Below, piece by piece: positions 1-21,300 of a DNA stretch of 64,000 nucleotides. The stretch comes from Oculina patagonica (lineage: Eukaryota), in contig NC_135770.1 of assembly GCF_052425735.1 (NCBI RefSeq), forward strand, positions 23,932,001 to 23,996,000. The letters are read 5' to 3'. Within the stretch, counting starts at the first letter, position 1. Each line of letters starts with the position of its first letter. The translations under genes and the position numbers were made by a program. Below the pieces are notes generated by a model. It had not been told where the DNA came from. It ran no database searches and saw only the letters and a program-made list of their open reading frames with translations.

Positions 1-54
1 ATAAAACCCAAGTGTGTGACCATTAACTTTTAAATAAAAGCTAATGAGCAATGT

Positions 55-329
55 TAGGGGTCATGAATGGTCTATCGAAATTTTACAGTACTCGCAAAAT
101 TAGGCTTCTGCTTGGATGCTCGAATTGTGCTTGGAATGCTCGCAAAATATTAGTGGGTGCTTGTTTGCAAGTGGTCGCATATTTTTACAAGTGCTCGCAT
201 GCTCGGTTTTTAGTGGAGGTAGCTTTTTGAAAAGTGCTCGTTTCTCACAAGGCTAATTTTTGTCAATGCTCATGTTTGCAAAGAAAAACGCTCTGCTCAC
301 ATTCTCGCAAAGACCATTCGATACCCCTA
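55..329. mobile_element. hAT-like MITE
   Basis: Imperfect TIRs TAGGGGTCATGAATGGTC / GACCATTCGATACCCCTA, with AATGT-like direct flanks. Confidence 0.5.
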
Positions 330-521
330 ATGTTGTTGATGCTGTACAAAGTGGTTTTAACTTTTATGGCTTCCAAAGGATTTTAAAGAAAGGACCGTGA
401 CACACAACATTAATTCCATCTCCAACTTTATTATTCTGAGGGAGTAAGACTCAACTGACCAATTGAAAATAGCTAAGCTACAAAAATACTTCCTCCCCAA
501 CACTTAAATCTTTTTGCACAA

Positions 522-705
522 TGGGCCATTTCCAAGTTACCCTTTGCCTCTGTTTCAAAATGAGTCCAAGTGCAAAACCATTCATATGAAAATGAGTTTT
601 CACCTACAGGTCCATTTTCATGCAAATCAAACTCATTTTCATTTCAATGGTTCTCCATGTAGATTTGTTTGAAACAGAGGCAAAGGGTAACTCTGAAATG
701 GCCTA
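522..705. mobile_element. Short MITE with long TIRs
   Basis: GGCCATTTCCAAGTTACCCTTTGCCTCTGTTTCAAA ... TTTGAAACAGAGGCAAAGGGTAACTCTGAAATGGCC inverted repeats. Confidence 0.7.
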
Positions 706-1533
706 TTCATTTCAATCCAGTAGTTTTTGTTATTAGTAGCCGGAAAAGGAGAAAATGTATTTCCAGGAAGTATCCATACCCACCCCACAGATGATGTATT
801 AAAATTCCAATTAGAAGGGGGGGGGGAGGGGGAGTCTTAAAGGCCAAAACTTTTAAAGAAAAGTATGAAGCTAAACTGGAATTTTAATGCAGTGGGAGTT
901 CAAACCATAAAATCCTGTGGGGTGTATGGATATTTTTTGGAGTACTTTAACAAAACATAGATTTTGGACCAAAATATTCCCTATCAGTGACCATCATTGT
1001 TGGGATTGTCTATGGTTATCAAAGACGTTTTCAGGAATTCAAATTAATAATTATTATTTGCCAGTTTGACAGTGTAAACTGTCAAAAGATGTTATGTCGA
1101 ACAATGGCTGCCATGCACATAATAGAAGCAGCTGTTAAGTAAGAATTTGGTCTCTGGGACAATTAATAAGGTGTCCACAAGGACAGGTTTGGCTGTCTCC
1201 CTCTCTCCTCCGCAGAGGCTTCTTCAGTTGGGGAGGATGGGCACCCCATTTTCCAGCCTGTACGAAAAATAAGGAGGCCTCTGCAGTGACGAGAGGCTGT
1301 ATCTCCGAAAAAAGATTGCATACACCTACAAAACCACAAAAGTTTGTCAAGAACAACCAATTTTATACAATTTTTTTGGCTTTTAACTGATAACACTCCT
1401 TAAAAGCTACTGTGAACATTATTGATCAACTCCACGACATTTGTTTTTGGAGTAAATATTCATAATATTAATAATAATCAATTATTATTAAAAATAATAA
1501 TATTGTTCTTTATGATTATTTTACTATTGAAGT

Positions 1534-9328
<7,795 letters not shown>

Positions 9329-9618
9329 TTTGATGGAAAGCGGGTCTGGACGGTGGAAGCGGGGAAGTTGGGAAAGAAGGGGAGTCGCAACCGGAAGTCG
9401 AGCAGTCGGGCCTGCCGAGGAAGCCTGGGGAAACCGGAAAGAAAACATGTATGAAACCGCTGATTTTATGTTTGCGGTCGTTTAGACGCCCTCGTTTTCA
9501 TTTTCAGAAATAGCGAAGTCTTACACAAAGTACTAGCCAAGGGAGGGCTGGAAGGGTAGGAGCTTTCTGTGGTGAAGAGTTGTGATTTTGAACTTTCCTG
9601 TGAAATGACAGAGGCATA
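9329..9618. promoter_or_regulatory. Bidirectional promoter region between RBKS and ACTR10
   Basis: The divergent ATGs are 290 bp apart. An ETS/GABP-type CCGGAAGT lies at ~9391-9398, and a YY1-like AAAATGGCGG overlaps the RBKS start. Confidence 0.7.
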
Positions 9619-12600
9619 ATGCCTTTGTTTGACGTTATTGGACTTGGGGGAGAGAAGCACGCTGTTATTATCGACATTGGAGCGGCCTATACAAAGTAAG
9701 AAGCGTTTTTCATGACGCTACATTGTGTTTGTAGTTTGGTGTCATGAAAATATCAGACACCTTACCTTATATAAACCAAAACGCTTTATACACTTATACT
9801 AGTGGTAACCACAGGTTAGAAAGTGCGGGCCTAGATGCACTTAAAGATCCTTCACTGTCACCTTCACCTTCCATGTGACAGAAGCGTCGATCTCATTAGA
9901 GAAACTTTTGTGATTTACACTTCGCATTTCTTCGCATTCTAATCGTTCTTTGTGGAGAAAAAAATTATCAAGTTCCTAATTGAACGACACAATTTCGGAT
10001 CCTTTTGCATTGTAGCCGTTCATGGTGGAAGAACAAATAACTTAAGTCACCTCAATTCACCGCAATAATTCCAACAGGTCGCGAAAATTTCTCAGACGGT
10101 GTCGATAAAATCACTGGACAAGAGACAGTTATTCCGAGTAGCGCGTCACGCAAGGAATGCATAATTTTATCGAACATGCGGTGTAATTGAGACGCGATTT
10201 TCCTCGGTCGGTGAACTCGCTATGTTGTCAGTGTTGTAAGGGATTTTTCGAGATCAATCGTTGTTGGAATCATTCATTTTGCCATGGTTTATCTGTAATG
10301 CAATCACAGTAAATCGTCTCAAAACCAACGCCGAAACAATGCCTGCAAAACGTAATGTTTTCAATCTTCCATGTGGTAGAAGCCTTGATCTTATGTGACA
10401 CACTGTTGAGATTGACACATTGCTCTTGAAGAACAGATTTTCAACTTCCGGTGTTTCGACAATTTGTTGTGATTGACACATTTTTCGCATTCTGATTGTT
10501 CTTAGTGGAAGAACAAAATTTTCAACTCCCGCTTTGCAGCTGGTCTTTATAAACGTGGCGCGCACGCGTAATACGCAATCCGCTGGTCACTGTCAAGATT
10601 AGGATTGCGGGCCTCTCTTGGGCCCGCAATAAGTAATACCCTGTCCATAGAGTACGTTGAAGGCTAAAAAAAAAACCTGTATTTCTCGTGCCTGTGTTTT
10701 AACTTATCTTTTATGTCCTTGCATTTAATTTATGGCCATTGTATGAATCTGATAAATTTGTTTCTCTTACCATCATGCACCCACAGAAATGGAAAATTCT
10801 GACTATGCTTTGTACATAGCCATCCAGTGTGCTTCCTGTCAGTTGGAATTTTGAACTATTTTATGTTTATTATAAATATTTTTTCCTGTTATTAAGTGGC
10901 TAGCCCATAAAACTAGCAAAGTGGACAACCACTATAAACAACGTTTTTTGTGCCCTATTAATTTCTACATAATCAGTTAATTATTATTTAACAATTATTC
11001 ACCGAAGTGGAGATGAATAGTGGTGGATATTTACGGAGCCACAAAGCGGCAAGGTAAATATCCACCACATTTACCGACACTGAGGTGAATAGTATATACC
11101 ACACAAGTTGAATAACTAGTGGACCAAAACATCACTTTCAGTGCATAAAGTGACGCGAAGACACTTTGTTTCTCTTTAGCTGCTCAGAGGGGAATAGAAC
11201 CTTTGCTAATCACCTCAGAGTTAACCAATAAGCGCACACCAAAGCACTATTCACTTGTGTGGTATATACTAAATTATTTTTAATGCATTATGCATCTTTC
11301 AGATGTGGTTTTGCTTCAGAGACAAGTCCTCGTCACATCATTCGCAGTGTCATTACACACACAGTAAATGGAGAGGTACCATGAGAATAAAAAATTATTA
11401 AAAAAGAATAATACAAGATATAAATTAAAGTAATCTGATTTGTATGGAAACAATGTTGCTAATGCCTGAAGTGCTGTATAAGCTTTCCATGCTATCAGAG
11501 GACTCTTTTCCTTTGTATTCGCTGAGCTGAGGAAACTGGAGAAAAGAGACCTCTGCCCTGAATAAAAAAAAACTGTTATTGAGCATGCGCCATCATTGCT
11601 TACTTAGCAACCAAACCATCATGAGATGTTCTAAGAAAATTTGGGCTCAATAAATGACAGCGGAATATTATTAATGTTAAGACATGCATGAGCTCAAGTT
11701 GCGTTAGCAAACAATGCAAGGAGCATGCATTTTGAAAAGAGCCGTCCATGACCGTGGATTAAAGCTACTGGTATTTTCGACCCTGGGGAGGGCAAAGGTC
11801 TCTTTTCCCCATTCTGTCAGATCAGCAAAAACAGAGGAAATGATGCCTCTGCTAGCAGGGAATACCAGCTGGTTGTATAATTTTGATTTTTTTTTGTGGC
11901 TTCAAAAATGCAACATTTTAATTTTGTACATGGTTTGCTATTATCCTTATTCAGACAGAAACAGTGAATGTTATCACTGATGAACAGGACAGAAGGCCTG
12001 ATGAGTTGTATGCCACCCTTCGAGACTTTCTTCACCAAGTGTACTTTCGGTAAGTTAAAAGAAATTTGTGTATTGAAAAAATCTATTAGAGCAGTTTTCA
12101 ATTGAGTGTCGTAAAACCAAAACCAAAGTAATTACTCTGGCCAATCACAAAGGACACAGACAATCCAGTGAACCAATCAAAACTCTAAGCAAATACATGT
12201 AGCCGGCATGAAGCGCGGGAAAACGTGCGTGAGCGAGTCACGATTGGTTTTGGTTTTAGTTATGATTGGCTGAGAAAGTGGCGCGAGATTTTTAAGCCAA
12301 TCACTAAGCGTAGCAATGCAAAACCAAAGCAAACGCAATTAACTTTCGACACTCAAGTGAAAACCGCTCTAATCAGTTTAATTGAATCAAATCTAATCAT
12401 CCTGGGGATTAAAGTAAAGGATTTGAATGCTCAGATGTAGACAGAAATATTAATAAAAATAAATAAATAAAGTCATATGTGAACCATGTTGGTATCTACA
12501 GACAATTTGTAGGGACTGTTAGGGTTACCACAGGTTGTCATGAGGCCAGAGAAAACTTGAGACGTCAAGGAAATTATAAAATTGTTACCAAGGTCAGGGA

Positions 12601-13225
12601 AAAGTCATGAGGGATTTATTATAAGGTTGTTGTAAGATTTGAAATGTGACAGTGTTGTTGTTTATACAGCTGTAAAGCAATTGTGAAGAACACCATAAGT
12701 TGCCTATTTTTTTATTCAAAATTGAGGTAGCACAGGATACACTGTAGCTGAAGGTTTTAATCAAATTGTTGACTGTCAGGGCTCGAGACTAACTTTTTGG
12801 CTAACTAGCCAAGTGGCTAGTGACAGCTTTGATTTCACTAGCCAAAACGTATTTTCTACTAGCCACAATTTTAAGCATAGTTCTTTTTTAGGGGGGGGGG
12901 GGGGTTAAAACAATGTCCGATAATGTTTAAACCTTTAGCCGTAAAATGTTCCTTAAATCTTTACGTTTTTTTCCCTTAAAAATTGGGCTTTGTTCTTCAC
13001 TATAAAAATTGTAGATGTACATGCGTTTTTGTCAACTAAAATTTTGTTTAAAGCTTCACATTCTATAATGTCAACAGTTTACTTGTTAGTTATAATTATT
13101 CTCTGAGAGACGATTTTAATAAGTGCGGTTTCTTGCCACTAATGCCTGATTTTTTCCCTAGCCATTTTGGCTAGTGAAAGGCCAAAAGCTACAAGCCAAA
13201 ACTGCATTTTTACTTAACTAGCCTT

Positions 13226-13258
<33 letters not shown>

Positions 13259-16200
13259 ACTGTACTGTTGCCCATATCAGGTACCTTCTTGTTAACCCAC
13301 GTGACAGACGAGTGGTTATCTGTGAGTCAGTCCTTTGTTCTACTCTTTGGAGGAATACCATTGCCAAAGTTCTTTTCAAGCACTTTGAGGTACCTGTAAT
13401 GACATAATTATTATACTTCTACTATCAAAGAAATGTAGACTTTTTGACTTTTTGTACCTGTATCCCATTGGTGGAGTTAATGCCAGGGCTTCAAATAACA
13501 CTGTATACCTGCCAACATTTTCTGGGTCAAAGGCGTGAGAATTTTATCCCGAGAGTGCCAGGATTTCTGAAGACGATATGACAATATTCGAAGTTTTCCA
13601 AAGACGTCCGAAGTATTCCGAAGACGTTCCGAACATATCCCGATCCCAGTACGTGGACATGTTTTGCTAAACATGACCTCGTTCCCAATGCTATTTTTTG
13701 TCAAAGCTCTGCGATTTCAGGGAAAGTATCGCCATTTATTCATTTTACATGGAGTTTTCTTTTCTCACATTGGTTTGAGTTTACATTTTATTGGAAAGTG
13801 TTTCGTTTGTGGTTGTAATAACTCACATTTTTCAACTAGGCGTGAGAGATTGGTTCGTAGGCGTGAGTTGGCGTGAGATCGAAGTTTTCAACTCGCAGGC
13901 GTGAGACTCACGCCCAAGGCGTGAGAGTTGGCAGGTATATAACAGTCGGTCCTCTGACATTGGCCAACCAACATTTGCTCATGTCTGACGAAATCCCAAG
14001 TGTGGTCGGACATGATGTCCGGACATTTTTTTGATAAAAAGTCATTTTACGGCAACAATAAACAAAATTCAACCTTTTGTTTTTGGTTTTGTCCAACCAA
14101 AATATTGTTTTGTCCGACCAAGATGGTGTCTTATTAGGACGTATGTCCTTTCAAGTGAAAAAAATTATTTGCAGCCCTGTAATGGGGTAAAGTTTGAAAA
14201 GTAATGACCTTGGCTACTTTTAACAAATGGTAAACGTCACAGTGTGCACAATTTAGTTACAGATGCACGGGGGAGGTTGCTAAGCGCGAAAGAAGCTTAA
14301 GAGTCACCCGAGGCAATAGCCGGTGACTCTAGCTGCTCGAGTGCTTAGCAAACCTCCCAAGTGCATCTGTAACTCAATAGTGCACACTGTGACGTTTACC
14401 ATTTGTTTTATAACATCACTTTTAGGCAATTTATTACATTTCTTCGAGGTAAAAGTGTGTGCACTTATTTAAGCAATTGCGTGTAGTGCTCGCGTAAACG
14501 CTGACCAAAACCTCAAAGAAAAAACAAACTTTTGAATTATTTCAAACTTGCATTATACCTCAAAGTCTTTCAGCATTATGGAGAAATGGTTTATCTTATA
14601 CATGTTTAGCTTTTTCATATTCACAGGAAAATCGAGAACACATGTAAACTTCTTGAAGTAGTGGCACTTTCTTGTGCCAGGTCGCATCAGATCAGCGCGC
14701 GCTCAGGTTGAAGGCATATGTCAGTCTGCACCCATGGGCAAATAGTAGATGCGTAAATAAACCAATCAGAATGCGTGCTTTATTTTAGTTGTGCTACAAT
14801 TGGATTTTGAAGCGTTTTTCTATCACTACTTTCGGATTACTTAAGAGATTGTAAGTTACTTTCTGTTTTGAGTTACCAGTTTTAAGTGAACATGTTCATT
14901 TATTTGCCAATCCATCTTACTGTAGTGGTGTCAAATGTGAAAGCAATTTGCCCAACACTTGCACATAGTGTGGACATATTGTTTATCCAAAAATTATGGT
15001 AATTTAGAGACCAAAAGGATGGAAGTTGATGAAAAAAAAAAAGATGTATGATCCTTTGGTTGCTGAATTCAATGCACTGGTCATTAGACCAACAAACCTC
15101 TCACTGTCAACCATTACTTTGTTCTGTTTTAAATAGGTTCCATCAGTGTTATTTGCACCCCATCACCTATTAGCACTTTTTACCCTTGGAGTACCTTCAG
15201 GGCTCGTCCTGGACTGTGGCTTCACAGAGGCAGTTGTCTTACCAATATCCTTTAATTTATAACTTAAAAAACTATAAATTTTAAATATAAAAAGTTCTTA
15301 ATAATAATTGTCAACTACAGACCTTTTTATGGGTAAGAGTTATCATCATATAGATTTTGAAAACAGGGTTTTGTACAGACTATTCATTTGCACCTCAAGT
15401 GCCTCACTGCTGTCAATCAAATAACATGACAACAATCAAGGAACCTTTGAAAAGGGGAAACAAACAGAATGGGTCAAAACCAAACACAACCAATAGATGT
15501 GACGTTTTGAACCCATTAAAGACAAAGTGAACTTCTGTTTCCTAAGAGGTCCACTAAGATTATTGCCGTCATCAGAAAAGTCATCCAGTGATTCAAGAGT
15601 TGACTTAATGTTACTGAAAGATGCAGTTACTGAATTTTGTAAGAAATTAAATCATTTGAATGTAAAAGTAAAAATCGCTGCTGCAAAGATTTACAGAGTT
15701 TGCACATGACTGTATGCAATGTTTTAGACGTTCTATATTTTCTTGACCCTTTGTTGCTTCTGGCATCACATCTATGAAGGGACTGCTATTCTCAAAGCTG
15801 TTGAAACAATCCCACTTGGATCACAAGCCATTCACAAGTAAGATAACTTTTAGATCTTTCTTCATTAGAATGGCTCAAAAAGCGACCAGCTTAACTTTTC
15901 CCCTTGACCTTTTTTTTTTTTGTGGGGGAGGAAGGGGCTAGCCATATGTTGTGGAGAGGGGATGCTTATATACTATAAGGCCCGGGTCGCACTTAGGACA
16001 AAATCGGGACAAGTTTATTTTGATAACCAAAACAATTGTCAGATTCCTGTCATCAGTTGACCACGCCAAGTGCGACCTACTTGTCCCTACGCGGACAAAA
16101 ACTTGTCCACAGAGACAAATCTTCAAAGAAGCTGTCGTCCTGCCTCAACGCAGGACTTTTTACGAACAACAAACAACACATTTTACTGTCTAGTCATGAA

Positions 16201-19200
16201 TACGAATTCAAGCAGTCTTTGACCGAATATTTCCGTTATTTTGGAAAAGAGCCCTTGTAAGATAATCCAAATGAAAGAAAAGATCGGTATAAGCCAGAGC
16301 AACTGTTCTGCATGTTGCCATAGTCCAAATTATGATGCACAGCAATTTGCTCATAATTTTCCGCTTTATACGGCGGCACGCTTTCTTTTATATGAGCTTC
16401 GACATCGTTACGAACACTCGCATTAAGAAGGTAGAAACAAAAATTTGCATTGATTTGATTCAATGCGACCGGTTTGTCTCTCCCTTTTGAATATTATTTT
16501 TGCTGCGAAATTAACACAGTATCAAGTGACGGGTAGTTTTGTGTACGTGTGTCCAAGCGCGACCCTAAATACAACAATTCAAATTGTCTCGGACAAGTTC
16601 CGAGACAAACATTGTCCTCAACATCCTGCAACATTTCAAATGTTTGTCTCAAGTGCAACCCGGACCTAAAAGCTTTGTTATGCCCCCCCCCCCCCCCCCG
16701 TCTTTTAAGCCACCTCTTGAAGTTTATTTTTTAAATAAGCCCCCTGTCTATTAAGCCCCCACCTTCACTTCCCAAGCTAGTAGACCATGACAATTTTTGG
16801 TAAGTTTAACCCATTGACACCTGGAGATTGGATGTTTTTGACATTTTCTGGTCGGTTACGAGCTAATTAAGCTCCAACCTACTCAAAACGCCACTTGCAA
16901 CATTGAGGCATGCCTTTCTTTTTACTAGCAGTGCCTTTTATGACATTTTTGCTCGGGCATGAGCATGTTTTTGGGTTAGAAAGTGCCCTACCACTTTAGG
17001 CTTTTCGCTTTTCGCTTTTCTTCATTTGTGTCATAGCAATTGATAACGTATTGTAGTACTGACCCATCATAGTGTAAGGCCTGAAAACCGCTGTCAGCCA
17101 CCTTAACTTACTTGTCGACAAGGATATGAAATTATTTTTCTGATTATATTAGAACTGCCACCACTGTAAATAGCTTTTTGTCCATTTTCTTCATACTCTT
17201 TTATTTTCTTATTAATTTTTTCTGAAATACTTGCTAAAAATATCTGAATTGAAATCAAGTTTTTGACTTGACTTTTTTTTTAGGGGTGGTTCTTACTTGT
17301 CGAGGAGGGTGCTAATTTTTTAAAGGGCCAAGTTGTTGGTCAGGAGATTGAAGGTTATTCTTTACAACATTTTGTTCAGTTTTTCATTGTTTTGTTATTC
17401 TATTCTAGGCACCTAGAACACCAACTGATGGAAAGAAGTCTTGTACAAATAGAAACTGGAATAAAACCTTTGTCTTCTGTTATGAGTGAGTACTCACTGG
17501 TGAACCTTCATTGTATTTTATCTAAAAGACAGTAATTGAAACCATTTTGTGTTCATATTTCAAGCTTTATACACTCTTGATGTTAGTATCACTTGAATAA
17601 CAAGCCTCAAAGAATATTAATTTTTAGCTTTGAGGTTGGGCTTTAGAATAAAAATATGTTCAGAAGGTAGCCTTTGATTTTTGTCATACACCTTGTTCAT
17701 TATTGCCGACAGGTGTTACCATAATACCAATAATAATAATAATAGCAATATCCCACTGATTTTGAACAAAACTGATTTTCTCAAAGTCTTGTCTATCACG
17801 TGAACTCTGTAGTTTAAAATGCGTAAAAGTGTCAATCGTATTTATGGCGACAGCCAACGAACCTCGAAAAACAGAAACAAACAAAATGGATCAAAATCTA
17901 CCAAACACAACTGACAGAAGTGATATTTCTTTTGAACCGCTTATTGAAAGGCAAAGTAATGTGAAAACTAACAAGAACAAACAGTTCTGGATAAAAATTA
18001 AAAAGTTCAAATAATAATTATTGCACATGTGTTATTCTTGCAGGGGGGGGGGGGTAGCCTGTGTAGCTGGAGGTTTTGTTGGGGTAACGCGCGCACGACT
18101 ACCGAGACAACAAGTGGAAGTGGGAGGGGGGAGGGGTCGAGCGGTGATGCTGGCTTGGTCGTTAGTTGGGTTTTTAACTTCAGAGTTGTCATATTTTTGA
18201 GAGGCGTTGTAACTTTGTGCTTGAGTCAGTGTCTTCATATTAAAATTTTTTCAGATTCTGTTGGAACAGAAACTTTGGAGGACATAAAAGGTAAAAGTAT
18301 CAAGTCACTTCTTTAATTTAATGACTACATAATAAATTATTATAAGCATAAATTATAATGTGTCCCTTTACAAAGCTGATGGAGTTACCCTGATAAAATA
18401 AAGGCTTTACTTACTGAACAAATGAGTTGTTTAGGGCCAAATATGATAATTTAAAATTTTCCTTGTTGCCATAATTATCATGTACCTCAGGTTTCTGATA
18501 TTCATGTAGGTTCAACATGGGAAGAAGTTAAAAATAATTATTGGCAATCATTTATTTTAAAATTTAGTTCTGAGGCTTGGTGATGAATCAGGACTATTTA
18601 AAACCCCAACAGCCATTAACATTTCAGCTTCTTACAACTGTTATTTTCTTATGGTTGCTCTGTAGTGCGCACTTGCTTTGTGGCACCAAAGTTCAGTGGC
18701 CCAGAAGGAGAACCACGCCCAGCATCACAGGTGCCAAAGGTTGATTATCCACTGGACGGTGGAAGAGTTCTCAGAATTGAAGGTCAAATCAGGTAAAATA
18801 ATGCTGAATATAACAGAAAAGACAGGACAGGTGTGAATCCTAAAAAAATGTGCAGCCAAAGGAAGGTAAATATTGTTTTGTCTTGTCTTTCAGAGAACAG
18901 ACATTTGACATTCTGTTTGATGGCGACGAGGAAGAAAAATCCATTGCAACATGTGTACTGGATTCCATACTTAAGGTATACATGTATTACATGGCTTAGC
19001 CAATTTTATTAAGTATTTATTTTAAATTAATTTTTACAATTATTACAATTTGGTTGTAATAATTTATTTTCTTTGTCAACTTATGTTTGTAGTGTCCTAT
19101 TGACACAAGGAAACCTTTAGCAGAAAACATAGTTCTTATTGGGGGAACTGTAATGACACCAGGGTTCAAGTAAGTTCTAGTTTGTATGAAAAACTTTGTT

Positions 19201-21300
19201 AGTTGTATTTCATGTTTGTCTCGCCGTTTTTAGCAAGCCTGCAGGGCAAGTAAAATACAAATGGCACTATAAATTAATGAAGTGTGATAATCCATTTTGA
19301 GAAAATTATGTGTCATGATATATCTAGGAATTTATGCTATTAAGGGAATGAGGTGGGATGGGGGTTTTAATTCTGTGTGATAACTTGACAGTTTTTTTTA
19401 TTTTTTGTTTACTAGGCATCGTCTTTTACAAGAAATTTATTGTCTGCTCCAGTCACCACGGTACAAGGAAAACTTGTTTATAAAAACCATCAAAATGCAT
19501 CAGACACCAGTCAGTCCAAACTGTACCTCATGGCTTGGAGGTATGTCTTTTAATGTGTGTTATTTTCTGGAAATGTGTAATTTAGTATAGGTAAAGAAAG
19601 TCTACGCCGGCCCAGTGGCCTTTAACTGATGGCTTCTGCAGCCATGGCCGTAACCAGCAAGAGGCACTTGCCTGATTTAAACCCAAATTAAATAAAACAA
19701 TACGTTCAGGACGGAAAATAATTCCCAATTGTAGCTGATTGATTTTTGTGAAGAAATACCTCTCGAAAAATGATAAAAATCATGTCTCAGATCTTCTAGA
19801 TTTCGAAATATTCTTTCCATACCCCGCTCTCTGCTCGTGCCTTAGACACTCACAACTTTTGCCTTGTCTCAGTCAAAAGTCTATCTATGGCCCTGGTAGC
19901 ATGAAGTGACTTGGAGTATAATTTGCTACTTCCCTCTCGAAAAGATAGTAGTCGGGTGACTTCTGAAAGGATAGTAGTCGGGTGACTTCTGAAAGGATAG
20001 TAGTCGGGTGACTTCTGAAAGGATAGTAGTCGGGTGACTTCTGAAAGGATAGTAGTCGGGTGACTTCTGAAAGGATAGTAGTCGGGTGACTTCTGAAAGG
20101 ATGGTAGTCGGGTGACTTCTGAAAGGATGGTAGTCGGGTGACTTCTGAAAGGATAGTAGTCGGGTGACTTCTGAAAGGATAGTAGTCGGGTGACTTCTGA
20201 AAGGATAGTAGTCGGGTGACTTCTGAAAGGATAGTAGTCGGGTGACTTCTGAAAGGATAGTAGTCGGGTGACTTCTGAAAGGATAGTAGTCGGGTGACTT
20301 CTGAGATAGTAGTCGGGTGACTTCTGAAAGGATGGTAGTCGGGTGACTTCTGAAAGGATAGTAGTCGGGTGACTTCTGAAAGGATAGTAGTCGGGTGACT
20401 TCTGAAAGGATAGTAGTCGGGTGACTTCTGAAAGGATAGTAGTAGGGTGACTTCTGAAAGGATAGTAGTCGGGTGACTTCTGAAAGGATAGTAGTCGGGT
20501 GACTTCTGAAAGGATAGTAGTCGGGTGACTTCTGAAAGGATGGTAGTCGGGTGACTTCTGAAAGGATAGTAGTCGGGTGACTTCTGAAAGGATAGTAGTC
20601 GGGTGACTTCTGATACTCTTAGTTCAAAGCAGGGGCACTGTGAGAGTATGCCACAAAAGATGACTCTAGCCTGTTCATATCTAAACACCTCCTATCTAAA
20701 CAGACTCTCGCATCAGAGATAGATTTGAACAGAATGACTGGTGAAGGAGGGGAGAGGGATTTATATGCATATTCCTGTTAGGTGAGAGGTGCAGTGGCTT
20801 AATGGTTGGTAAGATGCCAGATTAAGAAAGGGGGGGTTGACGTGGACAAGCATTCCATCCAGGGGGAGTAAATAAATTCCATGTCACTTCATGCTAAAAA
20901 TATGAAATCTATTTCTTTCTCCTTTTAAATACCACAATCTTCATTCCCATGTGCAGGTGCAATATTTGGTGCTCTAGAAGTGCTGGCAGACCGCTCTGTA
21001 ACTAAAGAGAGATATTTGCAAGATAACAAGATCCCAGACTGGGCATCCTGTGAAGTGCAAGCTGTTGACAACATCCCTATTTTAGATGCGCCACTTGAAA
21101 GACCTGTGCTGTCTCGTCGTCAGACAAGTGGCATTACTAGCACCCTTAGCAGCATAAGCAGCTCATTGTCAAGCCGACTTCTAAGTGGAGGCAGTCCACG
21201 CAGTTTGGGATCAAGTTTACTTCAAAGAGCTGGGGCATCATCCACTTCTGGCGCTTCTCAGAGTATAAAAGAAAATGACAAAGAAAGCCAAAAGGAATAA
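9619..21300 (+). CDS. ACTR10: Actin-related protein 10 (dynactin Arp11), 13 exons: 9619-9695, 11303-11375, 11955-12049, 13281-13389, 15137-15244, 15770-15837, 17409-17485, 18255-18290, 18666-18792, 18894-18975, 19093-19169, 19416-19540, 20957-21300
   Basis: [100 protein letters not shown] and IPDW match ACTR10. Exon phases are consistent. Confidence 0.93.
12087..12371. mobile_element. MITE in ACTR10 intron 3
   Basis: TIRs TAGAGCAGTTTTCAATTGAGTGTCG / CGACACTCAAGTGAAAACCGCTCTA. Confidence 0.75.
12777..13258. mobile_element. hAT5-like MITE with 5-bp TSD
   Basis: Perfect TIRs CAGGGCTCGAGACTAAC / GTTAGTCTCGAGCCCTG, direct repeat ACTGT on both flanks, and subterminal CTAGCC repeats. Confidence 0.8.
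13484..14179. mobile_element. hAT-like MITE carrying a nested second MITE (13504-13939)
   Basis: Outer ends CAGGGCTTCAAATAA / TTATTTGCAGCCCTG (flanks TAATGC/TAATGG). Inner TIRs TATACCTGCCAAC / GTTGGCAGGTATA, with GCGTGAG repeats. Confidence 0.6.
14221..14410. repeat. Foldback (palindromic) repeat element
   Basis: AACAAATGGTAAACGTCACAGTGTGCAC...GTTACAGATGCAC is mirrored by GTGCATCTGTAAC...GTGCACACTGTGACGTTTACCATTTGTT. Confidence 0.75.
15245..15769 (+). other. U12-type (minor spliceosome) AT-AC intron in ACTR10
   Basis: 5' end ATATCCTTT; branch-point-like TTCTTGAC at ~15740-15747; 3' end AC at 15768-15769. Removal joins VVLP to IYEG in frame. Confidence 0.92.
15979..16666. mobile_element. PIF/Harbinger-type non-autonomous element
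   Basis: TIRs GGCCCGGGTCGCACTTAGGACAAA / TTTGTCTCAAGTGCAACCCGGACC, with TAA on both flanks. Confidence 0.65.
19944..20612. repeat. 26-bp minisatellite (~26 copies) in ACTR10 intron 12
   Basis: Unit GATAGTAGTCGGGTGACTTCTGAAAG, with a few A>G variants, one C>A variant and one 3-bp-deleted unit near 20300. Confidence 0.97.

Noticed and set aside
19885-20688. 267-aa ORF; superficial CRISPR-like look
   Set aside because: Pure head-to-tail 26-bp tandem repeat with no unique spacers and no cas genes; the ORF is a repeat artefact inside an intron.
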